A stretch of 64,000 nt of DNA from a virus, in the IMG/VR virus record IMGVR_UViG_3300002835_000018; one strand, given 5' to 3'. Positions 34,348-44,186 of the stretch are shown here, piece by piece. A program made the position numbers and the translations under genes. Below the pieces are notes generated by a model. It saw only the letters and a list, made by a program, of their open reading frames with translations. It had not been told where the DNA came from and did no database searches. Position 1 is the stretch's first letter; each line of letters starts with the position of its first letter.

Positions 34348-35031
34348 TTGGCTGGATCTTTTTCTTACAGCATGATACCAACCAACTCCCCAAAAGGAAG
34401 TTCGTTTCAAGGCTTGCAATCATCTTTTACTCCTATTGGTGTTATAAGATTTTTTGCTGGATCTGTAGTTCCTAACGGATGGCTTTTATGCAATGGAAGT
34501 GCTATTAGCAGAAAGACTTATGGCGATTTATTTAAAGTAATTGGAACTACTTATGGTTCTGGAAATTCTAACGATACTTTTACTTTGCCTGATATGAGAG
34601 GTAGAATTCCAATTTGTGCAGGAACAGGAACTTCTTTAACTACTAGAACTTTGGGTTCAAATGTAGGAGCAGAAACAGTTACTTTATCTGAAGCTAACAT
34701 GGCTTCTCATACTCATGCTACAACAGTAGGAACACAAACTGCAAATCATACACACTCAGGAACAAGTGGTACAGTATCTGTTGACCACACGCATGGTTGG
34801 GGAAGAAATGTTGGTTCATCTGGATCATATGGTTTAAGGGATGGTGCTAACAGAAGTGCTAACGGAACTCCTAATACGCAAGGTGCTCATCAAGGTCATA
34901 TTCATGGTACTACTACTGGTGTTGAAAGTTCCAATCATAATCATACAGTTACTAATTCTAGTACTGGAGGTGGAACTGCATTCGGGATTATTCCACCAGC
35001 GATAGTTGTTAATTTCATCATAAAAGCATAG
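34348..35031 (+). CDS. Tail-collar domain protein, paralogue 3 (TTG start)
   Basis: Same architecture. Confidence 0.85.
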   Translation: MAGSFSYSMIPTNSPKGSSFQGLQSSFTPIGVIRFFAGSVVPNGWLLCNGSAISRKTYGDLFKVIGTTYGSGNSNDTFTLPDMRGRIPICAGTGTSLTTRTLGSNVGAETVTLSEANMASHTHATTVGTQTANHTHSGTSGTVSVDHTHGWGRNVGSSGSYGLRDGANRSANGTPNTQGAHQGHIHGTTTGVESSNHNHTVTNSSTGGGTAFGIIPPAIVVNFIIKA

Positions 35032-35039
35032 GAGCAAAA

Positions 35040-35600
35040 ATGTTAAGCTTAAGTATCATACTGACAAATAGGATAGATAACTCTGGAATAGCAACAGAGG
35101 ACATATACAACATTAATCTAATTAAAACAAATTCAGATGGTGTTTCAAGAAATATAACCATGCCAGTTTTACTTGACTCAGAAATTGGCAAATTTATAAC
35201 TAAACTATCTGATCAAACATGGGATTATATAGCTGCTGCACCTCCAGATGCTCTATCTCAAGCAAAGGCATGGTCATTCCAAAATATAGATAATGAATGG
35301 GCAGCTTTAGAAAAAGTTGGTTGGGATTCTGGTCGTGGCTATCGTTTAGGCATTTCTCCCTCTGATGTTGCACTTCTTGTGGGCGTGTTTTCTCTTGCAA
35401 AAGAGGCAGCAGCATTGGGCCTAGAACTTCCACACCTAATTAGCATGGATAATACACCTGTTATTTTCTCGTCTATAGAAGAAATGACTGGTGTTCTACT
35501 AGAATATGGACAAGCTCGCTCAGTTTTAGCTGGTATATATGCAGAAAAAAGAAAGGTGGTAGAGAATGCCACAGAAGTTGGTGTCACAGGTGTAATTTAA
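35040..35600 (+). CDS. Probable tail-fibre assembly / DUF4376-like protein
   Basis: Follows the fibre genes; helical C-terminal pattern; weak resemblance only. Confidence 0.4.
   Translation: MLSLSIILTNRIDNSGIATEDIYNINLIKTNSDGVSRNITMPVLLDSEIGKFITKLSDQTWDYIAAAPPDALSQAKAWSFQNIDNEWAALEKVGWDSGRGYRLGISPSDVALLVGVFSLAKEAAALGLELPHLISMDNTPVIFSSIEEMTGVLLEYGQARSVLAGIYAEKRKVVENATEVGVTGVI
35589..35599 (+). promoter_or_regulatory. Late promoter box GGTGTAATTTA
   Basis: Upstream of the holin-like gene; followed by a TAATGTAG/CTACATTA hairpin. Confidence 0.6.
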
Positions 35601-35635
35601 TGTAGGCACAACTACATTATTTGGGGGTTAGAACA

Positions 35636-35923
35636 ATGGATGAAAAAGAAATTGTCCTATTAGTTGAACGATTGGGTGTTTCTTGTAGTTTCTTAATATT
35701 CTTTGTTTGGACAACCTATAAAGCAGCAAATTGGTTAGGCGAAAAGATTATCCTCCCTTTGCATGATAGACACATTAAATTTATAGATAGATTAGAAAAT
35801 GGACTAGAAAGTGTGGTTAAAAGCCAAGAAAATACTATGGGCATACTTAATCAGATATTGTTGAACACTAGAGAGCTACATGAACTTAAAAGGAATAAAA
35901 AGGAAACAACTAATGCAGAATGA
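35636..35923 (+). CDS. Holin-like membrane protein
   Basis: One N-terminal TM segment (LGVSCSFLIFFVW), a coiled coil and a charged C-terminus. Confidence 0.5.
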   Translation: MDEKEIVLLVERLGVSCSFLIFFVWTTYKAANWLGEKIILPLHDRHIKFIDRLENGLESVVKSQENTMGILNQILLNTRELHELKRNKKETTNAE

Positions 35924-36038
35924 AATTATTTACACAAATGACACTATTGTTGCTGTTGAATATACTGTATTAAATAGCAACGAGTGTACTTACATATACA
36001 CAAATGGGTTTGTACAAAATGAATTTCTTTCAATCTAA
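35913..36038 (+). CDS. 41-aa hypothetical protein, not in the track
   Basis: AAGGA RBS; overlaps the holin-like stop. Confidence 0.35.
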   Translation: MQNEIIYTNDTIVAVEYTVLNSNECTYIYTNGFVQNEFLSI

Positions 36039-36068
36039 AAACAATAACCCAATTCTTAAGGGTTAAAA

Positions 36069-39000
36069 ATGCCTAATTGTATTGATCCACTAAGTTTGGG
36101 CATTAATCCATCTTATGAAGGTGAGATTTTTCTTTTTGGTGATTGTTCTTATACGGCAATAGAAAAAGATGGAAGTTTAAATTGGGAAACAAATGAAGAA
36201 TTAAAGGTTTATGGAGATTTTAGTACATGCACATCATCTTCTTGTAGTTGGACCTGGAATTTGGGCTACGGAGAACCAGGCTACTTTACATCATGGAGAA
36301 AGACATCTTCGTGCCCACAAGATGGCACATGTCTTTGTTCATATGAAGGATTTCCTAGTTTTAACGGAACGGAAAATCAAGTCGTATCTTATCCTTGTAT
36401 ATACCCAACTACAACTCAAGAACCAACAACTAGTACTTCTTCTACCACTAGTACTTCTTCTACCACTGGTACTTCTTCTACCACTGGTACTTCTTCTACC
36501 ACTGGTACTTCTTCTACCACTGGAACACCACTTACATCAGAACCTCCAGATCCAACCACACCACAACCCACTACTACTAATACCACTACTACAACTACAA
36601 CTACTTCAAATCCTTGTGCTCCTGGAGAATGGAATTGTTCTGGATATTGTAGACCTAAAGATCGATATAATTGTAGCGGGTGTGGAGATGCATGTTTAGA
36701 AGCACCTTTTGAAGATTGTTGTCCTAATCTTACTGGTGGTGGATTATCATGCACAGATTTGCTTTCTAACAATAATAATTGTGGTGGTTGTGGAATAATT
36801 TGTGCAGAAGGGGAAGTTTGTTGTTATGGAAATTGTATTACATTAGGAACAAATGAAAACTGTGCATCTTGTGGCGATTCAGTGCCAGAAGGTACGGTCT
36901 GTTGCGATCTTAATAATGATGGTATTTATGGATCAATTTCTCTTGACTATTGGAATCTAGGAAACCCTGGATCGTCTGATGATAATAATTGTGGATCATG
37001 TGGGAATGTGTGTGTTGCACCATATAGATGTAAAGACGGTGTGTGTACTGAAACAACAACATGTTTTGGTGGTTGTACTTGGGAATGGTTGGGGCCAGGA
37101 GGCTATTGGTATCAACTTAGTGATTGTAACCCATCATGTATTTGTGATTCTCCTACTGATGATGGAACTGAGTTTTATGAGTTTTTTGAATCTCCTTGTT
37201 ATTCTTTTGTAACAACGACTTCAGAACCAACTACAACGACTTCAGCACCAACCACAACGACTACAACCGCTAGTCCAACGACAACGACTACTACAACAAC
37301 AACCGATAGTCCAACGACTACTACGACTACTTCAGCACCGACTACAACGACTACAACCGATAGTCCAACGACTACTACGACTACTACGACTACTTCAGCA
37401 CCGACTACAACGACTACAACCGATAGTCCAACGACTACTACGACTACTACGACTACTTCAGCACCGACTACAACGACTACAACCGATAGTCCAACGACTA
37501 CTACGACTACTACGACTACTTCAGCACCGACTACAACGACTACAACCGATAGTCCAACGACTACTACGACTACTTCAGCACCGACTACAACGACTACAAC
37601 CGCTAGTCCAACGACAACGACTACAACCGCTAGTCCAACGACAACGACTACTTCAGCACCGACTACTACAACAACAACCGCAAGTCCAACGACTACAACG
37701 ACTACTACAACTACAACCACTACAACCACAAATCCTGATCCATGTTATGGGGTTTTTTGTGGTTTTGAACCAGGTTGGGATTGTTGTGGTGGAAATTGTT
37801 ATAACATATTTGGCGTTGATCAAATGATTTGTTGTGATGGACAACTAGTGTCTGGTAGATCTGGATCAACTTGTGGTTCATGTGAAAATGCTTGCCCAAG
37901 CGGTCAAGATTGTTGTACGCAAAACGGAGATGTTTTTACAAATTATTGTGCAGATTTAGAGTCAGATCCACTTAACTGTGGTTCATGTGGCAGTTATTGT
38001 GCTTCACCAAGTGTTTGTTGCCAAGGTCAATGTCTTCCAGATCCATCTCTTGTTACTAGTTTTCAAAAATGTTGCAATGGAACAATAATAGATTTTAAAG
38101 ATGACACAAATAATTGTGGTGATTGTGGAATAGTTTGTGGTGCAGGAGAAGCATGTTGCAATGGAATATGTATAGATATACTAAGCGACAAATATAATTG
38201 TGGATCATGTGGTTATAATTGTCCTCCAGAGTCTTATCCAGATTGCGTAAATGGTGTTTGCGTTACTGCTTCAACAACTACCACAACTACCACAACTACA
38301 ACGACTACCACAACTACAACTACAACTACAACTAGTACAACATCAAATCCACAATGCGATTATTCTTTAGCTCATTGGGTAGATCCAAACAACTTTGATC
38401 AAGATGAAATTCCACCTAAAACATCCTTTACTATAGGTATTTCAGAAACATTAGAGCTTAAATTTAGGGTTAGGGATATATATCAAGTAAATATAAATAG
38501 TGAAAATTTTAGTACTGTTACTCAGTGGCCTTGGTATCCATTGCCTTCGCCAGAAAATACATATGGCATATATGAAAAGGTAAATAATCAATATGCCTTA
38601 ATGGAGTTTGTTACTACTGGTACAATCGGAAGTAAATTCTATCTTTTAAATGAACAAGAATATCCATGTGTATCTGATAATTTTGCTTATTATAAATTCA
38701 TATCGCCTCCAGTTGGAACATATGTAATAAATTTTTACATGAATGATGGTTCATCTTTTGCACTTACGATTGATGTTATTGAAGGAACTACAACAACTAC
38801 AGATCCAAATACTACTACAACCACTACCACAACTGCTGCACCAACTACTACAACGACTGCAAGTCCAACGACTACGACTACAAGCACAACCGCAAGTCCA
38901 ACCACAACGACTACAACGACTACAACCGCTAGTCCAACCACAACGACAATAGCACCAACTACCACCACCACAACAACTACAAGTCCAACCACTACTACTA

Positions 39001-39404
39001 CAACGGTAAGTCCAACAACGACTACTTCTGCACCAGTTACTACAACTACTACAACATTAGCCCCAAATATAAATTCAATAAAATATAATTCTGGAGAAAC
39101 CTTAGAATTAAGGGCTACTGATGATTACTACGATGTAGATGGAAGAGCTATAGATTTTATATCTAATGATTATCCAGTATTAAATAACATAACAATTTTA
39201 TTTTTTGTAGATGGCAAAATAAATTTTGTAAAAACTTGTTTAGCTATAAATGCAACCACAATTAGATTAGAACTTGACCATCTTGAATTATCTGCTATTG
39301 GTGCTGGAAGATGGTCTTACGAAATAAGAGCAGTTTTTCTAAGTGGACATATTGTGACATTGGCTATTGGTAATTTAATTATAACTCCTGCTTTTGGAGA
39401 TTAA
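36069..39404 (+). CDS. Cys-rich / Thr-rich mucin-like surface protein with a C-terminal Ig-like (BppU-N-like) domain
   Basis: Repeated D/N..NCG.CG..C units (Stig1-like); four poly-Thr tracts; C-terminal domain paralogous to the next gene. Confidence 0.75.
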   Translation: MPNCIDPLSLGINPSYEGEIFLFGDCSYTAIEKDGSLNWETNEELKVYGDFSTCTSSSCSWTWNLGYGEPGYFTSWRKTSSCPQDGTCLCSYEGFPSFNGTENQVVSYPCIYPTTTQEPTTSTSSTTSTSSTTGTSSTTGTSSTTGTSSTTGTPLTSEPPDPTTPQPTTTNTTTTTTTTSNPCAPGEWNCSGYCRPKDRYNCSGCGDACLEAPFEDCCPNLTGGGLSCTDLLSNNNNCGGCGIICAEGEVCCYGNCITLGTNENCASCGDSVPEGTVCCDLNNDGIYGSISLDYWNLGNPGSSDDNNCGSCGNVCVAPYRCKDGVCTETTTCFGGCTWEWLGPGGYWYQLSDCNPSCICDSPTDDGTEFYEFFESPCYSFVTTTSEPTTTTSAPTTTTTTASPTTTTTTTTTDSPTTTTTTSAPTTTTTTDSPTTTTTTTTTSAPTTTTTTDSPTTTTTTTTTSAPTTTTTTDSPTTTTTTTTTSAPTTTTTTDSPTTTTTTSAPTTTTTTASPTTTTTTASPTTTTTSAPTTTTTTASPTTTTTTTTTTTTTTNPDPCYGVFCGFEPGWDCCGGNCYNIFGVDQMICCDGQLVSGRSGSTCGSCENACPSGQDCCTQNGDVFTNYCADLESDPLNCGSCGSYCASPSVCCQGQCLPDPSLVTSFQKCCNGTIIDFKDDTNNCGDCGIVCGAGEACCNGICIDILSDKYNCGSCGYNCPPESYPDCVNGVCVTASTTTTTTTTTTTTTTTTTTTTSTTSNPQCDYSLAHWVDPNNFDQDEIPPKTSFTIGISETLELKFRVRDIYQVNINSENFSTVTQWPWYPLPSPENTYGIYEKVNNQYALMEFVTTGTIGSKFYLLNEQEYPCVSDNFAYYKFISPPVGTYVINFYMNDGSSFALTIDVIEGTTTTTDPNTTTTTTTTAAPTTTTTASPTTTTTSTTASPTTTTTTTTTASPTTTTIAPTTTTTTTTSPTTTTTTVSPTTTTSAPVTTTTTTLAPNINSIKYNSGETLELRATDDYYDVDGRAIDFISNDYPVLNNITILFFVDGKINFVKTCLAINATTIRLELDHLELSAIGAGRWSYEIRAVFLSGHIVTLAIGNLIITPAFGD
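36429..36520 (+). repeat. 18-bp tandem repeat (T[G/S]TSST) x5
   Basis: ACTRGTACTTCTTCTACC units. Confidence 0.85.
37210..37730 (+). repeat. Thr-rich tandem repeat with a 63-bp core period (T9SAP-T6DSP)
   Basis: Near-identical 63-bp units at about 37320-37600. Confidence 0.9.
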
Positions 39405-39405
39405 C

Positions 39406-40050
39406 ATGGCATTTGAAATGGGTATAAGCTTATCTTTTGGTAAAAATTATGAAAATTGCACAACTTTATCTGCACAATTAATAAACGGAGATGGAACAAA
39501 TTACAATACTCCATATACAACTGGATTTGTAAATTTGACCAACGGTTATTTTTTGTTTACTCCAACAATACCAACATCTTTTAGAGGTGCTATCAAATTT
39601 TATTGTGCGACTGAATTTCTTGGTGCTTTAGCTATTAATCCAGAAGAATATGAAAACATAGATGTTAAAATTAGCACAAGGTGTAGTTCTACTGGAACTG
39701 GGGTTCCTACGCTAACAAATCCAATACCAATTAATCCAGCAGATCCTATAGAATTAAGATTAACTGATGATTATTTAGTAGAAGAGTCTAGATCTATAGA
39801 TATAACTTCTGTAAATTGGCCAGACCTAACTGATTCTTCCACCAGTTTTATAATTGATTCAATGCCAACATTTACTAAGGCAGCAGAATTGCTCAATGCA
39901 ACATCGTTAAGGGTTGAGTTAAGCAATGAAGAACTTCAGCAGATCGGTGCTGGTAGATGGTCTTATGAATTTAGGTCAGTTTTGTCAAATGGTCACATAA
40001 TAACCCTAGTAGTTGGCAATATTATAATCGTTCCACCATTTACTGATTAG
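39406..40050 (+). CDS. Virion protein sharing its C-terminal domain with ORF 36069
   Basis: ELR.TDDY...IGAGRWSYE.R.V...GHI.TL..GN.II.P.F.D occurs in both proteins. Confidence 0.75.
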   Translation: MAFEMGISLSFGKNYENCTTLSAQLINGDGTNYNTPYTTGFVNLTNGYFLFTPTIPTSFRGAIKFYCATEFLGALAINPEEYENIDVKISTRCSSTGTGVPTLTNPIPINPADPIELRLTDDYLVEESRSIDITSVNWPDLTDSSTSFIIDSMPTFTKAAELLNATSLRVELSNEELQQIGAGRWSYEFRSVLSNGHIITLVVGNIIIVPPFTD

Positions 40051-40055
40051 AATAC

Positions 40056-40066
40056 GGTGTATTATT
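40056..40066 (+). promoter_or_regulatory. Late promoter box GGTGTATTATT
   Basis: Intergenic. Confidence 0.75.
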
Positions 40067-40098
40067 AGTTGTAATTATTACTAAATAACGAGGTGATT

Positions 40099-40629
40099 AT
40101 GTACTGGCAAGCAGAATTCATAACACTGTTAAGGGTTTTGATAGACGATCTTTCATCGCCACAAACATATAATGACAAAAGACTTACGCAAGTTTTGGCA
40201 GTAGCTGCTCAATTAGTTACAAATGAATTAAATTTTCCTAGTAAGTTTAGGGTTGATATTCAAGCTTTAACTATTGAACCAAGTCCAGTAGATAGAGAAT
40301 CAACCAGAGATGAAAATTTTATAAATTTAGTTTGTATAAAAGCAGCGTGTTTAATAGATCGTGGAGAAACTAGAAAATCTGTTGGTCAAGGAATTGCTAT
40401 TAGAGATGGTAGTTCTTCTATTGATCTTCGTGGCTCAATGGATGGTAGACTTAGATTGCTTGAAAAGGGCTGGTGTTCAGTATATGATGACACTAAGCTA
40501 GAATATCAGGCAAACAGAAATGGAACAATTGCTGGTGCAGCCATTATGACTCCATTCAGAGTTTTTGCTGGCTTTAGAGATATGGCGTACTATCCTTACA
40601 GTAGAGATGGTAGAAACTTTATTCAATAA
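40099..40629 (+). CDS. Probable head-tail adaptor
   Basis: LLRVLIDD....TYNDKRL N-terminus typical of adaptors; position. Confidence 0.55.
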   Translation: MYWQAEFITLLRVLIDDLSSPQTYNDKRLTQVLAVAAQLVTNELNFPSKFRVDIQALTIEPSPVDRESTRDENFINLVCIKAACLIDRGETRKSVGQGIAIRDGSSSIDLRGSMDGRLRLLEKGWCSVYDDTKLEYQANRNGTIAGAAIMTPFRVFAGFRDMAYYPYSRDGRNFIQ

Positions 40630-40642
40630 CGAGGGTTTTTTC

Positions 40643-41101
40643 ATGGGAACAATTCATATTATTGGTGCTGGCATAGTAAATGGTTATTCAACAATTAATC
40701 CCACTGAAGGAAATCCAAGTGGCCAAATAATCAATTATGTTAGCGAAGGAAGAGCTACGACATCAGATACATTGGATTATCCAGCGATAGAAAGAAGTTT
40801 TGCTATTCCTATCGTTGATATTTCAAGGCCAGCAGTTTTTTCAGATGGTTCTTCAACCATACTTGCTTCTAATACAAGTCAGCAAATATTTTCTCCTAAC
40901 GATGACAGGCATTATTTATATTTTCAAAATGAGTCAGGCAACGATATGTATGTGGATTTTGGAATACCAGCAAACACTACTTCTTCTTTTAAAATACCAG
41001 CAAGTGGCAATTTAGTCTTTGATAGTGCTTTTATTCCAGCCTCCACTGTTAACATTATTTGTGCCACAAGTGGTGCTCGATTTATTGCAAAAGAAGCTTA
41101 A
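40643..41101 (+). CDS. Virion-associated beta-rich hypothetical protein
   Basis: GAGGG RBS; R..LYFQN.S...MYVDFG pattern. Confidence 0.6.
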   Translation: MGTIHIIGAGIVNGYSTINPTEGNPSGQIINYVSEGRATTSDTLDYPAIERSFAIPIVDISRPAVFSDGSSTILASNTSQQIFSPNDDRHYLYFQNESGNDMYVDFGIPANTTSSFKIPASGNLVFDSAFIPASTVNIICATSGARFIAKEA

Positions 41102-41125
41102 TAAAAAGTGTTGATCATCTATATT

Positions 41126-41167
41126 GGCTGTTGTATCATATAAAGGTACAGCAGCCTTTTTGTTTTA
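41126..41167 (+). terminator. Terminator with a late-like box (TTGTATCATAT) in its 5' arm/loop
   Basis: GGCTGTTGTA...TACAGCAGCC followed by TTTTTGTTTT. Confidence 0.7.
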
Positions 41168-41186
41168 GGAAATAGAAGGAGGAAAT

Positions 41187-42974
41187 ATGATTCTTACAAT
41201 TGGCATGGCTACATACGATGATTTTGATGGGGTTTATTTCACTTTAGAAGCATTAAAAGCATATCAGGACTTAGAAGATGTAGAGTTGGTTGTGGTTGAC
41301 ACCAAAAAAGAATCTTGTAAAGACACAGCAAATACTTGCAATGCTCTTGGTGCAAAATACTTTCATAGGCCAGATAAAATTGGAACATCTGCCTCAAGAA
41401 ATCATGTGTTTGAAGTAGCAACTGGCAAATTTGTAATGTGTATTGACTGCCATGTTTTATTAGTTAAGGATGCTGTTAAAAAACTTAAAGAATATATTTA
41501 TGCAAACATTGATACTAAGGATTTAATTCAAGGCCCATTACTCTACGATGATCAAAAAAATATATCGACTCACTTTAAACCTGAGTGGCGTGGACAAATG
41601 TATGGAACTTGGGAAACAGATTCTAGGTATTTAACTCAAGAAAAGTTTGAAATACCTATGCAGGGTCTAGGATTATTTTGCATGAGGAAAGATGCTTGGC
41701 CAAAATTTAATTCCAACTTCCGTGGTTTTGGTGGTGAAGAAGGATACATTCAAGAAAAAACAAGGCAAAATGGTGGAAAAGCCATATGCTTATCTTGGTT
41801 AAAATGGATTCATAGATTTGCAAGACCAAAAGGTGTTCCATACCCATTAGATCTTAAAGACAGAATTATAAATTATTTAATTGGATGGTCTGAGTTGGGT
41901 ATGAATTATCAGGAGGTTTTGGAGTTTTTTAAGAAGTCTTTAAACACAAATCAAATAGGTGGGATACTTAATGAGTTTTCAAAAGCTTTAGGAACACCAA
42001 TGTCAATTTCTCCTGCCAAAGACTATAAAACAAGTAAAGTTGCTTATATATTAGACGATGAAAATAGTGAAACCTATAAAAATTTTAATTGGGCGTACCC
42101 TAAAATAACCTTAGAAGACAAGTCTTTTATTTCAGCTATGACAGACTTTGTTTCTAGAGATGAGGATTATTGTTTAATTGTAAAATCTGGTGAAGTAATT
42201 GATTTAAAAACTATAGAAAAAATCGATGAATGGATTGTTATTAAACAAAAAACTTTAAAAATAGCTTCATTAAATGAAATTGAAAAAAAATCTTTTAAAA
42301 GAAAAAATGAATTTTTCTCATATAGAATTGCAGATAATGTAGACATAGATCAAAGCAAGTCATTAATAATAAGTAAAGATTTTGCAAGATTGATATTAAA
42401 CAAAAATCAAAATTTAAAATTATCGGAATTAGCAAGAATAAATAATGTAATGCCATTTGTTTTAACAAAAAAAGAAATTCCATATAGGGTAAACCCAAAT
42501 TTAAATCATTTAGATAATGTATCTGGTGGTTTAGATTTTTGTGACATTAGAGAAATTGTTTGGGCAGCAAAAGGCAAATGGTGTTTAGATATTTCTTCCA
42601 TATGTCTTCAAACCACATTAGCATTATGCCAAAAAGGTCTTGGTATCGTAAGAGTTTACGACTTTCAAAATCAAGATAAAGAAACCCTTAAAAAAGAACT
42701 TGATGTATTTGGTTATGCTAATTTTATTATTGCAGACTTAGATGAAAACATAGAAGCTCCAGAAAATGGTGAAAGAGTTTTATTAATCAATTACAAAAAT
42801 ATTCCAGATTATTTAAAAGATTTTGCTTATGAAAAACAGGCATCGTTTTTAAGAAGTGGAGATGTTTTAATAATTGTTCATCCAGAAGAAGAAATTAAAG
42901 AAGTTTTTTCTGATGTTGCAGACTACAAGACTCAGTTTATTTCAGATAAGTGTTTAATAGCAGTAAAGTCATAA
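41187..42974 (+). CDS. GT2-family glycosyltransferase with additional C-terminal domains
   Basis: LTIGMATYDD, LVVVD, SASRN...ATGKFVMCIDCH and FRGFGGEE. Confidence 0.8.
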   Translation: MILTIGMATYDDFDGVYFTLEALKAYQDLEDVELVVVDTKKESCKDTANTCNALGAKYFHRPDKIGTSASRNHVFEVATGKFVMCIDCHVLLVKDAVKKLKEYIYANIDTKDLIQGPLLYDDQKNISTHFKPEWRGQMYGTWETDSRYLTQEKFEIPMQGLGLFCMRKDAWPKFNSNFRGFGGEEGYIQEKTRQNGGKAICLSWLKWIHRFARPKGVPYPLDLKDRIINYLIGWSELGMNYQEVLEFFKKSLNTNQIGGILNEFSKALGTPMSISPAKDYKTSKVAYILDDENSETYKNFNWAYPKITLEDKSFISAMTDFVSRDEDYCLIVKSGEVIDLKTIEKIDEWIVIKQKTLKIASLNEIEKKSFKRKNEFFSYRIADNVDIDQSKSLIISKDFARLILNKNQNLKLSELARINNVMPFVLTKKEIPYRVNPNLNHLDNVSGGLDFCDIREIVWAAKGKWCLDISSICLQTTLALCQKGLGIVRVYDFQNQDKETLKKELDVFGYANFIIADLDENIEAPENGERVLLINYKNIPDYLKDFAYEKQASFLRSGDVLIIVHPEEEIKEVFSDVADYKTQFISDKCLIAVKS

Positions 42975-42983
42975 GTTTTTATC

Positions 42984-42994
42984 GGTGTATTTAT
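42984..42994 (+). promoter_or_regulatory. Late promoter box GGTGTATTTAT
   Basis: Intergenic, before the AAGGAG RBS. Confidence 0.75.
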
Positions 42995-43012
42995 TGTAAG
43001 GAGTACACCATC

Positions 43013-43534
43013 ATGGCAAAATTATTTACGCTTTCTGCTGATGTTAAAAAAATCGCCCAAGATGCTATAGATGATCTAATAGATCAGCTTGGCAAAGATT
43101 GTCTTCTTTTATTTCCGGCACTTCCAGAGATATGTGAAAACTGTGTTTTGGACCCAATTGGGAACAAATCATCAAACTACTGGATAAATGGTGGACCTAT
43201 ACCATTTCCAAATGGTTCTATTTGCCCTTCTTGCAATGGTTCTGGCTATCATTTTAAACAAATGACAAAACCTTTAAAGCTTCTTATTGGCAATAGCCCT
43301 TCAGAATGGTTTGTTAAAATGCCTTCTGGACTTCAAGTTCCAGCGGGAATGATACAAACAAAAGGATATATTTCAGATTTACCAGATGTTTTACAATCAA
43401 GGAAGCTAATTGTACAGATAAGCTTAGAACCTATGGTAAGATTCACATATGAACTCTATGGCGAACCTATTGATCAAGGAAACATCGTTCAAAACAGGTA
43501 TTGGGTAGGAATGTGGAGCAGGGTGGGTGCTTAA
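43013..43534 (+). CDS. Probable head-closure / neck protein with a CxxC..CxxC insert
   Basis: Start revised to MAKLF; CENC and CPSCNGSG; position. Confidence 0.5.
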   Translation: MAKLFTLSADVKKIAQDAIDDLIDQLGKDCLLLFPALPEICENCVLDPIGNKSSNYWINGGPIPFPNGSICPSCNGSGYHFKQMTKPLKLLIGNSPSEWFVKMPSGLQVPAGMIQTKGYISDLPDVLQSRKLIVQISLEPMVRFTYELYGEPIDQGNIVQNRYWVGMWSRVGA

Positions 43535-44179
43535 ATGAATAAATATACAGTTAGGATTGATGAAAATGAATTTTATAGTGCTGCAAACAAAGAAATTGTA
43601 AAAGTTGTTGGTGAATCTATTAGCTTTGCTATTAGAAAGACTAGAACTCTCTTTGTGCAAGAAATAAAAACGGCTTTAAGACAAGACATTGTTTATTTAG
43701 AGCTTTTAAATTATATTGATGGCATTCTTTATTATGATGTTGGTTTAGCAAATGCTGGACAAGTGGCAGAACAAATAGTTGAACTAGTGGCAAGCTCAAT
43801 AGAACTTAGAAAACTTCCTGCAAGAAGAAATGATTTGGGTGGAATAGGATTAACTGTTTTAAAAGATGGTATACAACCAATATTGTCTTTGCCAATGGGT
43901 TCTTATCAATCTAAGGGTGGAAAAGTTGATTGGTTAGATTGGCTTCTCACTGCTGGAACATCGGAAGTCATTTCTGGATATAGAGTTATGTACGGATTTT
44001 TTGACACATCAAGGACTGGACAGGCTATTATGGTTAAATCAAAAACTAAGGGATTCAGTATTGACCCTGATTATGCTGGAACAGAAAATGACAACTGGAT
44101 AACAAGATCTCTTAAAAGAGTTGAAGGAAATATATCAAATTTATTTCAAAAAGTTATAAAAGACTACATAAATATATAG
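43535..44179 (+). CDS. Probable neck / tail-completion protein
   Basis: Positional inference between neck and tail tube genes. Confidence 0.45.
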   Translation: MNKYTVRIDENEFYSAANKEIVKVVGESISFAIRKTRTLFVQEIKTALRQDIVYLELLNYIDGILYYDVGLANAGQVAEQIVELVASSIELRKLPARRNDLGGIGLTVLKDGIQPILSLPMGSYQSKGGKVDWLDWLLTAGTSEVISGYRVMYGFFDTSRTGQAIMVKSKTKGFSIDPDYAGTENDNWITRSLKRVEGNISNLFQKVIKDYINI

Positions 44180-44186
44180 GTGAATA

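Noticed and set aside
29500-35031. Diversity-generating retroelement acting on the collar paralogues
   Set aside because: No reverse transcriptase is in the window, and the differences between copies are not adenine-specific.
36211-38992. Poly-Val antisense and poly-Leu/Gln alternate-frame ORFs
   Set aside because: They are shadows of the Thr-codon repeats.
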